Shown here one piece after another: positions 56,192 through 64,000 of a stretch of DNA of 64,000 nucleotides; positions within the stretch are counted from its first letter, which is position 1, and the number at the start of each line of letters is the position of its first letter. A model generated the notes under the pieces. The model was not told the origin of the DNA, searched no databases, and saw nothing but the letters and a program-made list of their open reading frames with translations. The stretch covers positions 64,001 through 128,000 of the forward strand of contig JBDRLP010000027.1 in NCBI GenBank assembly GCA_043812975.1. The letters are read 5' to 3'. The position numbers were made by a program, and so were the translations under genes. The stretch is from Candidatus Iainarchaeum sp. (GTDB lineage: Archaea > Iainarchaeota > Iainarchaeia > Iainarchaeales > Iainarchaeaceae).

Positions 56192-57141
56192 AATGTTCCC
56201 ACCAATCCCGCGGCAAATAGCTCTGCTGCGACATAGGCTGAATAAGCTATAAACAGAAGCACTGGGAAGTATATAATACTTTTCCCCATGTTACCATCTC
56301 TCATGATTGCCATCATTAAAGCGGTCGCTAAAGTTTCTATGAAAATGTAAGCCTGTATTGAAAGATTGATTATGTTAAGCGCTGACTCTGCAGATGCCTG
56401 TTCTGCCTGAGATGCTACTGAGGAAGCAGCGCTAATTAATAGTGTTGAAATTGTTGACACAAACCCGAAAATCATTGGCGCTACGAACCCTCCGGCCACA
56501 AACATAAAGATAACCTGCATGACTGTTCTTGCTTTTCTGTCTTTGTTAATCCTATGAGATTCTCTTACATCTTCGGCTATTTCTTCTAATACACTTGCAA
56601 GTCCTGCCCCTGCATAAACAGAATCAATGATAATTGTAACTGTTCTCTGAACAAGTCGTGAATCAACATTCTCTGAAAGACTTTTCAATGAGTTTTCAAA
56701 GTTTTCTCCTTCCTCAAGTTTTCTTAAAACCTCATTCATTTCTTTTTTCAAAGGACCATATTCTGCATTTGCGATTTCCCTTAAAGCATATTCATAAGTC
56801 CCTCCTGCCCTTAAAGTATCAGCCATTTGTCTTAATGCATCAGGAAGAGCTTCTTCTATCTGATCAATTCTTCCTTTTGCTTTTAAGTAAGGGTAACCAA
56901 TAAGAATGTCAACCAGAACCATGAAAACAAGAATTCCGAACTGAACGCTTTGTTTTAATCCAAGTATTAGTTCAACAAAAAAGAAAGTTGCTATTCCTGC
57001 AACTATTGAAATTATTCCTGCAAGTATTATCCATAAGAATGGATCTACTTTGAATTCTGCACTTCGCAAATAACGCGAGTATTTTTGCAGTAAAGGAGAA
57101 TTCTTTAACAATGGTGTTTTTTCTATGATTCTTAATGCCAT
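56188..57141 (-). CDS. Pilus platform protein (T2SS-F/TadC-like)
   Basis: IEEALPDALRQMA..LRAG, YGPLKKE. Confidence 0.92.
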   Translation of the reverse strand: MALRIIEKTPLLKNSPLLQKYSRYLRSAEFKVDPFLWIILAGIISIVAGIATFFFVELILGLKQSVQFGILVFMVLVDILIGYPYLKAKGRIDQIEEALPDALRQMADTLRAGGTYEYALREIANAEYGPLKKEMNEVLRKLEEGENFENSLKSLSENVDSRLVQRTVTIIIDSVYAGAGLASVLEEIAEDVRESHRINKDRKARTVMQVIFMFVAGGFVAPMIFGFVSTISTLLISAASSVASQAEQASAESALNIINLSIQAYIFIETLATALMMAIMRDGNMGKSIIYFPVLLFIAYSAYVAAELFAAGLVGTL

Positions 57142-57145
57142 TTTT

Positions 57146-58279
57146 TCACACTCTCGGTTGGGATATTTTTAGGTAAAATATTAGGAAGCCTAGAACAAGA
57201 GGCATTCCAACTAAATACATTAATGCTATTGCTATTGGTGAAATAGCTACGCTTCCAACTGAAATTGGAGCGTTTGTTACTGATCCTATAATTGCCACAA
57301 ATACTGGGGCTACTATTGCAATGAAAATATATATTACTCCGAAGAAGTTCATTCTTTCTGCAAAGTCTCTTATTTTTACTCTCATATCAAAACTTACATC
57401 TTCTGCTATAGTGTTCATTATTTTTGATAAGTTTCCTCCGGTTTTTAGTGCTCTTATAATGTGAAATAATGCGCTTCGGAGCGCTTTTGATTGTGTTCTT
57501 AATGCAAAGTGCCTTAAAGCATCTTTTGTGTCAGTTCCTTCTTCAATTTCACTAATAGTTCTTGAAAATTCTTCACTTAAAATTCCATAATCAGAAGTTG
57601 CAATTGTTTGTATTGTTTTGTACAAACCAATTCCTGCTTTTAGTTCTGTTGACATGTGCCTTAAAGCAAAAGGAAGTTCTATACTTACCGCGTCTCCTCT
57701 TTGTTGTGCTTTGCTTTTTGGTATCATCAGCATTATCAGCATAAAAAAAAGACCAACTACTCCTCCGAATATAACTGAAAAAGTATAAGGGAGTTCGAAA
57801 AACCAGCTAGTTGCTGCTATTATTGCAAAAGTAAACAAACCTACAAGTGCTGCTGAGGCAATTGAAACCGCCAGCCATTGATTTAAGGAATATTTCATGT
57901 TTGCTGAGTAAAGATAATATCTAATATCGCTTGCTAAAGGTAGCCTTTTTATTAAATTAGAAATCGGCTGGAAGGGCAACCTGAATAATAAGTAAAATGA
58001 CCCTAACTGTTTTATTGCAGGGGATTGGAATTCTTGTAAATCTTCAACTTTTTGAATATTAATTTTTGCCTGTTCTCCTTCAGCAATAATACCTCTTAGT
58101 TCTCCAAGCTTTCCGCCAACTTGTTCAAATTCAACACCCTGTTCCCTGTATTTCTTTTTCATCCGGCCGACAATTTTTTCAACCTGGTTATAATCAACAG
58201 TTTCTGGTTTTTTATCAGAATCTTTTTTTTTCTTGTTTTTTTCTTCAATTGTTTTTTTCAGATTATCAAGGCTTGGCAT
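57146..58279 (-). CDS. Pilus platform protein (T2SS-F/TadB/C-like)
   Basis: ELPFALRHMSTELKAG, YGILSEEF, TGGNL. Confidence 0.92.
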   Translation of the reverse strand: MPSLDNLKKTIEEKNKKKKDSDKKPETVDYNQVEKIVGRMKKKYREQGVEFEQVGGKLGELRGIIAEGEQAKINIQKVEDLQEFQSPAIKQLGSFYLLFRLPFQPISNLIKRLPLASDIRYYLYSANMKYSLNQWLAVSIASAALVGLFTFAIIAATSWFFELPYTFSVIFGGVVGLFFMLIMLMIPKSKAQQRGDAVSIELPFALRHMSTELKAGIGLYKTIQTIATSDYGILSEEFSRTISEIEEGTDTKDALRHFALRTQSKALRSALFHIIRALKTGGNLSKIMNTIAEDVSFDMRVKIRDFAERMNFFGVIYIFIAIVAPVFVAIIGSVTNAPISVGSVAISPIAIALMYLVGMPLVLGFLIFYLKISQPRV

Positions 58280-58281
58280 TT

Positions 58282-61200
58282 TTATCGACCTTTAAACAAA
58301 TATTTTTTCAATTCCGGTGCAACTTCACTCATCTTTCGTATTTTTTGTTTTGCCAATTTTAAAAGGAACTCTGTTCTTTTTTCAATTTCTTTTTCAATTT
58401 CTTTTTCAGAAATTCCTGTCATAGTTGCCAATAATTGAAGGTATTTAACTTGTGTTTTTGTCTTTTTAAGGGAATCGGTTTTGGCATCTCTGCTGTAAAT
58501 TAACTCGGTTTTGGCCTTTCCTTTAAGAACATCAACGACCTCAGAAATTTCAGTTATTCTTCTTATTGTTCCTGTTTTTTTATCATGTAATCTGTGTTGG
58601 ACTACAATAAAGTTTAATCCTGAAAGCATTACTTCCGGAACATTCATTGGAGGGCTTGTAACTCTTACTATTGTTTCTTGAGGGCTGTTTGCGTGCACTG
58701 TTCCGAGCGAGTTTCCCACTATCATGCCTTCTGCCACAAAGTTGTGCGGTTTTCTCCCACTCATCTTTTTTTCATTAATTGTTAGGTCGTACACAAAACC
58801 ATTGTAATGATATGAGTGTATTGCGACTATTTTATCCCAGAATATGTCGCTTTTGCCAAGCATTCTGAGTTTTGGCGTGTCAATTCCAGTTTCTTCGAAT
58901 GCCTCAGCCAGTTTTAGTGTAACTTCTCTGCTTGGCGTTCTTTCTTTTCTCTTGTAAAAGCTAATCAAACCCTGTGTTACTCCTGCCCTTCTTGCTATCT
59001 CTGAATTGCTGTAACCTTTTTGTTTTGCCTTTTCAAGAAGATTTATTATAATGTCATTGCAATTTATGAGATCAACATTTGTGTTTGCCTTTTTGTTTTG
59101 CCTTAGTAATTCCTCTGTTTTTGCGATTTTTTGTTCGTACTTTATAGGGTATGTTTCATAGAATTTTTTTACCTGACTGATTCCGTAAATGTATAATCTG
59201 AACCACCTGCTGTTGTGTGATTTTGACTCGTATTTCCTTGAAATAATTCCTTCAGTTAATAATGCGTATTTGAAAAAATCAATGTAGTATTCGTTTCCGC
59301 ATGTGAACACTATAGCATTATTTTCCGCATCTATATGCCCTTCTGCGTCGAAAAATCCTGCTACAAAAGATTTTAGGTCTGAAGTATAGTGTGAATTTGA
59401 CATTTTTGTTTTTGCCCTATCTCCTGCGGGGATATCCAAGAGTTTTTGGATGGTTCTGGATTTTTCAATCCCGCTCACATGAGCCTCGTAACAATCCTTT
59501 TCTGGGCGGGGATAAACAATTCCAACATGTGTGTCATTGAGTTTTTCTTTCATGAAACGTGTGAATTTTGGTATTATTTGTTCTTCTTCCGCGAAAAGGC
59601 TTATCCTTCCTTCATTACAGAGATATTCCTTTCCATTTTTTTTCCTTATTCTTTGATAATCAAGAATATTTCCGTCTCCGTGAAGAAGTCCTGACCAGTA
59701 CTCGATTTCTTTTTCCGATACATTTTCATCTCTAATTAGTGTTCGTGGTGTTGCTATGCTAATCCCTTCCACAAGTTTTTCAGCATTAACCTGGATTATG
59801 TCATTGTCCAAAGTGTAGAATGGATGGTTTCCAGTGGCTGTTATTTCTGCCCCCGAAGCGAGTTTTATGTGGTAAACTTTTCCCTGGTATGGTTTTCTTC
59901 TTGCTTCAACGATTTCTGATTTGAAAATTTTTCCATCGGAATCCATTGAATTGATGTACTCGTTTTTGACTTCGCACACTTCCCAATCTTTTTCTCTTCG
60001 GATTTTGTTTTTGCTTAATTGTTCTTCAACAAACTCATCCATAGACCTCAAACCAGAAGTCAAAGCAATTTTTGTGTTTCCTGTTAAACACCCATCATGT
60101 CCTGTATTGAATGCAGTGAATAATGAAAATGCTTCATCGTGTCTGATTTCTCCTACAATAATCCTGTCAGGACGCATTCTCAAAGAGTTTTTGGTTAAAA
60201 TATCAAGTGTTAATTCTCCTGTGCCTTCCAGTCCCGGAGGTCGTGCTTCCATTCTGATCCAGTGTTTTAAAGGAATGTTCAATTCAGCTGTATCTTCTAT
60301 CGAAATTATTCTTTCGGTTTCCGGAATAAAGCTTGCCAAAACGTTTAGTGTTGTTGTTTTTCCAGAACCAGTGCCACCAGCTATCAAAATATTTGCAGGT
60401 CTTGTATTAAGTCCCTCAACACATACCCACAAAAATGCTGCAGCTTCTGCATTTAGTGTTCCGTAAATAATCAAATCTATTATCGAGTAAGGATCATCTC
60501 TGAATTTTCTGATTGTTAATGTTGAGCCCTGAACTGATGAAGGAGGTATTGTTGCATTAACACGACTTCCGTCAGGAAGTCTTGCATCCAATAACGGGCT
60601 GCTTATGTCAACTCTTCTGCCTATTTGTCTTGCAATTCTGTTAATTAAATCCTGAATCTCGTTATCAGAATAAAATTCAATGTTTGTAAGCATCATTTCA
60701 TGCTCTCTGTGAAAAACATAAACCGGAAGTTTTGGCCCTATAACCATTATTTCCTCCAGTTTATCATCCTTGATAAGGTCATCTATCAACCCATAACCAA
60801 CCATTTCTCTGACAACAGCATCAGCATAAAATTCATACCTTGTTTTTGGGATATTTAATTCAGGAGAATCCCTTAGTATTTCCAAAATTTTTTCATAGTA
60901 AACATTTCTTCTTTGTTCCTGGTTTCTAATCCTGTAAGGAGTTATGCTGACTATTCTTGTGGCTGCTTCTTTAATTGTTTTAATAATTGTTTTTTCGCTT
61001 CCAACAGGTCTTGGCACAGGCGTCCAGTAATACAGAAGCGGTTCTCCTGGTATTTCATAAATTTTTGTGTTACCGTATTCTTCCAGTAATTTTTTGTTTG
61101 ATTTTTGCAGTTGTTTTTCTGTTTGTGATTTTTGTTCTTCCGGAACAGCATCCACGCTGTCAGGAAGAACTTTTTCCTGCGGAGGAAGTGCTTTTTTTAT

Positions 61201-61608
61201 TTCCTCAATTTTTTTCTTTGCCTCTTCTGCTTTTTTTGCAGCTTCATCATTTTCTTTTGCAAGTATCTGGGCTTGGGTGTGTTCAGCAGGGATTTCTATA
61301 TTGTTAATACTAAACGGTTTTGATACTGGTTCCTTTTTTTCTGCGACAGCATCAAGTTTTAAGTTTAGTTCATGTTCGGGTTTTTCTTCTGAAATAGGTT
61401 CTTCTATTGTCTCTTCTGCTTTTTTCACTTCATCCATCAGTTTTTTGGTTGTATCAGAAACAGGTTTTGCAGCTGGAGAAGGTTGTTGAACTGGTTTTGG
61501 TTCAGGTATTGGTTGTTCCACTGGTTTTTTCTGCGGTTCAGCATCTTCTCCTTTTTTGCCTTTTTTTGATTTTATTTTGTGAAATAAATCATCCATATAG
61601 TCTGCCAT
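58282..61608 (-). CDS. Type IV pilus assembly ATPase (CpaF/TadA family) with intein
   Basis: GGTGSGKTT, IEDTAEL, RMRPDRIIVGE, NTGHDG|SLGTVH; start set at MADYMDD. Confidence 0.93.
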   Translation of the reverse strand: MADYMDDLFHKIKSKKGKKGEDAEPQKKPVEQPIPEPKPVQQPSPAAKPVSDTTKKLMDEVKKAEETIEEPISEEKPEHELNLKLDAVAEKKEPVSKPFSINNIEIPAEHTQAQILAKENDEAAKKAEEAKKKIEEIKKALPPQEKVLPDSVDAVPEEQKSQTEKQLQKSNKKLLEEYGNTKIYEIPGEPLLYYWTPVPRPVGSEKTIIKTIKEAATRIVSITPYRIRNQEQRRNVYYEKILEILRDSPELNIPKTRYEFYADAVVREMVGYGLIDDLIKDDKLEEIMVIGPKLPVYVFHREHEMMLTNIEFYSDNEIQDLINRIARQIGRRVDISSPLLDARLPDGSRVNATIPPSSVQGSTLTIRKFRDDPYSIIDLIIYGTLNAEAAAFLWVCVEGLNTRPANILIAGGTGSGKTTTLNVLASFIPETERIISIEDTAELNIPLKHWIRMEARPPGLEGTGELTLDILTKNSLRMRPDRIIVGEIRHDEAFSLFTAFNTGHDGCLTGNTKIALTSGLRSMDEFVEEQLSKNKIRREKDWEVCEVKNEYINSMDSDGKIFKSEIVEARRKPYQGKVYHIKLASGAEITATGNHPFYTLDNDIIQVNAEKLVEGISIATPRTLIRDENVSEKEIEYWSGLLHGDGNILDYQRIRKKNGKEYLCNEGRISLFAEEEQIIPKFTRFMKEKLNDTHVGIVYPRPEKDCYEAHVSGIEKSRTIQKLLDIPAGDRAKTKMSNSHYTSDLKSFVAGFFDAEGHIDAENNAIVFTCGNEYYIDFFKYALLTEGIISRKYESKSHNSRWFRLYIYGISQVKKFYETYPIKYEQKIAKTEELLRQNKKANTNVDLINCNDIIINLLEKAKQKGYSNSEIARRAGVTQGLISFYKRKERTPSREVTLKLAEAFEETGIDTPKLRMLGKSDIFWDKIVAIHSYHYNGFVYDLTINEKKMSGRKPHNFVAEGMIVGNSLGTVHANSPQETIVRVTSPPMNVPEVMLSGLNFIVVQHRLHDKKTGTIRRITEISEVVDVLKGKAKTELIYSRDAKTDSLKKTKTQVKYLQLLATMTGISEKEIEKEIEKRTEFLLKLAKQKIRKMSEVAPELKKYLFKGR
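58711..60090 (-). mobile_element. Intein (460 aa) with LAGLIDADG endonuclease and HTH
   Basis: CLTG start, ATGNHPF, GLLHGDG/GFFDAEG, VYDLTI...VGN|S. Confidence 0.93.
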
Positions 61609-61647
61609 AGAAGTCGGAATAATTGAGGGTTTTGTATAATATAAACC

Positions 61648-61750
61648 TTTTTCTTTCTTTTCAAAGAAAGAAACCGGACAGAAAAAAATTTTTGTACGAC
61701 CTAGCAAAACTGGAAGTTTTGCACGGAAGCTTCACCAAAAAGAAAGAAAA
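61648..61750. repeat. Triplex-geometry element T4 with internal structured insertion
   Basis: tttttctttctttt-c-aaagaaagaaa-[53 nt]-aag-cttcacc-aaaaagaaagaaaa. Confidence 0.65.
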
Positions 61751-61762
61751 TAAGACAAAAAA

Positions 61763-63493
61763 TTATTTTTTGTCGGAAATTTCCATTTCCATTTTTTCTA
61801 TAAATTTATCTAATTTAACTCCAAACTCAACTTTTCCCTGTCTATTTCTAACAGCTATTGTTTTCGCTTTCTCTTCTTTTCCCCCTACATTGATTATGTA
61901 AGGAACTTTCTCAAGCTGAGCTTCTCTTATTCTATAGGACACTGTTTCGGTTCTTGCATCTAACTCACTTCTTATTCCTTTTTCCATAAAAGTAGCGTGT
62001 ACTTTTTCAGCATAATCATTAAACTTCTCACTCACAGAAACAATTTTCACTTGTAACGGAGCCAGCCATAAAGGAAATACTCCGGCATAATGCTCTATGA
62101 GAATTCCAATGAATCTTTCCATTGAACCGAATACAACTCTGTGCAACATTACTGGCATTTTTTCCTTATCATTTTTGTCAATGTAACTTATCCCGAATTT
62201 TTCAGGCATCTGGAAGTCCAATTGTATTGTCCCTAATTGCCAGCTTCTCCCTAAAGAATCTTTAATATGAAAATCTATTTTTGGCCCGTAAAAAGCTCCG
62301 TCTCCTTCATTGATTTTGAATTTCTTTTTTGTTGATTCAAGAACTTTTTTTAGGGAAGCCTCTGCTTTGTCCCACATTTCCTTTGACCCCATTGCTTTTT
62401 CTGGTCTGGTGCTCAGCTCAATATCATATTCAAATCCAAAGATTTTTTTATAATAATATTCAAAGAGTTCTATTACTCCTTTTACTTCGCTTTCAATTTG
62501 TTCAGGTGCACAAAAAATATGCGCATCATCCTGCGTGAATTTTCTTACTCTTAAAAGCCCATTCAGTACTCCTGAAAGTTCATGCCTGTGCACAATACCA
62601 AATTCCGCCATTCTTATCGGCAGATCTCTGTATGAATGTCTTTTGTTTGCGTAAATTAAAATATGCCCTGGGCAGTTCATTGGCTTAACTGCATATTCTT
62701 CGTCATCAATTTTTGTGAAGTACATGTTGTCCTTGTAATGATCCCAGTGACCCGATTTAATCCAGAGTTCCTTTTTCATAATAAGTGGAGCTATTACTTC
62801 CTCGTAACCTCTTTTCCTGTGTTCTTTCCTGGAAAAGTCAATAAGTTCATTCCATATTATTGCTCCTTTGTTGTGGAAAAAAACATTTCCGGGTGCTTCT
62901 CTTTGCATTGAAAATAAATCTAATTCTTTTCCGAGTTTTAAGTGGTTTCTTTTTTCAGCTTCCTCTTTTTGTTTCAAGTACTCTTCCAATAATTCTTTTT
63001 TCGGAAAAGCAATTCCATAAATTCTTTGTAAAGTTTCTTTTTTTGAATCTCCTCTCCAGTAAGAAGCTGATGTTTTCAATAGTTTCACTGCTTTTACTCT
63101 TGAAGAGTAATCCACATGCGGGCCTTTGCACAAATCAACAAAGTTTCCGTTCCTGTAAATAGAAATCTTTTCTCCTTTTGGCAATTCATTAATTAATTCT
63201 GTTTTGTATTTGTTGTCTTTGAACATTTTCAGAGCTTTCTCACGCGTAAGTTCTTCCTTTTCAAACTTATCATTTTTCTTCACGAGCTCTTTCATTTTCT
63301 TTTCAATTTTTTCAAAGTCTTCCGGAGTAAAAGGTTTTTTCACGTCAAAATCATAGTAGAATCCTTCGTCAATCGCTGGTCCAATGGTTAGCTTTGCTTT
63401 CGGGTAAATCTCCAGAACAGCTCCCGCCATCAAATGTGAAGCAGAATGCCACAGTTTTTCCCTATCCTCTTTATTGTTCCAGTCTATTGCCAT
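61763..63493 (-). CDS. thrS: Threonyl-tRNA synthetase, bacterial type, lacking the N-terminal TGS domain
   Basis: HSASHL, GFYYDF, DLCKGPH, KPMNCPGH, GAFYGPKIDF, GSMERF. Confidence 0.96.
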   Translation of the reverse strand: MAIDWNNKEDREKLWHSASHLMAGAVLEIYPKAKLTIGPAIDEGFYYDFDVKKPFTPEDFEKIEKKMKELVKKNDKFEKEELTREKALKMFKDNKYKTELINELPKGEKISIYRNGNFVDLCKGPHVDYSSRVKAVKLLKTSASYWRGDSKKETLQRIYGIAFPKKELLEEYLKQKEEAEKRNHLKLGKELDLFSMQREAPGNVFFHNKGAIIWNELIDFSRKEHRKRGYEEVIAPLIMKKELWIKSGHWDHYKDNMYFTKIDDEEYAVKPMNCPGHILIYANKRHSYRDLPIRMAEFGIVHRHELSGVLNGLLRVRKFTQDDAHIFCAPEQIESEVKGVIELFEYYYKKIFGFEYDIELSTRPEKAMGSKEMWDKAEASLKKVLESTKKKFKINEGDGAFYGPKIDFHIKDSLGRSWQLGTIQLDFQMPEKFGISYIDKNDKEKMPVMLHRVVFGSMERFIGILIEHYAGVFPLWLAPLQVKIVSVSEKFNDYAEKVHATFMEKGIRSELDARTETVSYRIREAQLEKVPYIINVGGKEEKAKTIAVRNRQGKVEFGVKLDKFIEKMEMEISDKK

Positions 63494-63542
63494 ATTATCA
63501 CTAGAATTAGAATTGGGAAATTAATAAGAATGTTGTTTAATG

Positions 63543-63887
63543 CTATGTGTTGAGCCCTGTAGTATCATATCCTTTGCTTTGGAGTGATCTTTTAATATCG
63601 TGTTTTTGCCAGGTAGCCAGTCGATGAAAAGCAGAATAACTGTATCCTGTTACTTCTTTAATTTCTTGTGCTAATCTTGCATCTGTTACTTCTTTTAATT
63701 TTGGTTTTTTTGCCTTTTTTCCTTTGGAAACTTTCCTAGCAGTAAAATCCATCGCCTTAATTCTTTTTATCGTGCTCGGCCTAGACCTTGAACTTCCCAT
63801 TGTTGAAAGCCCCGAAGCCCTCATTGTTCTTTTTTCAGCGGGCTTTGTTGATTTTTGTCTTCTTCCTGTCCTGCTGTGTGCCGGCAT
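63543..63887 (-). CDS. Very basic hypothetical protein
   Basis: MPAHSRTGRRQKS leader; K/R-rich throughout. Confidence 0.6.
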   Translation of the reverse strand: MPAHSRTGRRQKSTKPAEKRTMRASGLSTMGSSRSRPSTIKRIKAMDFTARKVSKGKKAKKPKLKEVTDARLAQEIKEVTGYSYSAFHRLATWQKHDIKRSLQSKGYDTTGLNT

Positions 63888-64000
63888 ATAAAAACAACCC
63901 CTCTCCTGATATATAAATTATTTGGTGCTTCTGGCACTTCTTTTTTAATTACTTGTATTTGCTTTTCTCCATGCGAGTGAAATCGATTCAAAAATCTTGG

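Noticed and set aside
61609..61707. N-terminal extension of the pilus ATPase; likewise 19991-20170, 33757-33834 and 44032-44073
   Set aside because: The extensions run through intergenic structured elements; downstream ATGs fit the protein families better.
63900..64000. Possible gene end at the window edge
   Set aside because: Too short to assign a frame or product.

Overview
AT-rich, gene-dense archaeal chromosome segment, most likely from a DPANN archaeon (Iainarchaeota/Diapherotrites-like; this is inferred from gene content, not proven). It carries core informational genes (rpl39e, rps19e, rps17e, rnp4, dnaG, hjc, nurA, herA, rad50, rpo6, EF-1beta, cca, tyw3, elp3, pelota, ABCE1, bacterial-type thrS), four tRNAs (one with a BHB intron), two inteins, a full type IV pilus locus (49.1-61.6 kb) and a second orphan pilus ATPase. 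The most unusual signals are not explained by the gene list. (1) Three tandem pilin cassettes share a near-identical ~200 bp 5' module whose codons end only in A/C and carry unrelated lectin-like C-terminal domains. (2) Four intergenic hairpin-plus-mirror elements have covarying triplex geometry. (3) Five GC-rich pseudoknot-plus-hairpin elements show covariation. Families 2 and 3 all lie in one chromosomal orientation. (4) A TYCGCACYGGCA motif sits just upstream of the TATA boxes of nurA-herA, a degenerate PolB and two TA-like pairs. (5) GTGTA-NN-AAGTC repeats bracket two orphan membrane genes. (6) Orphan proteins with K/R-rich tails are scattered through the window, including a sigma70-region-2-like protein. 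All calls come from motif recognition by eye; no searches were run.
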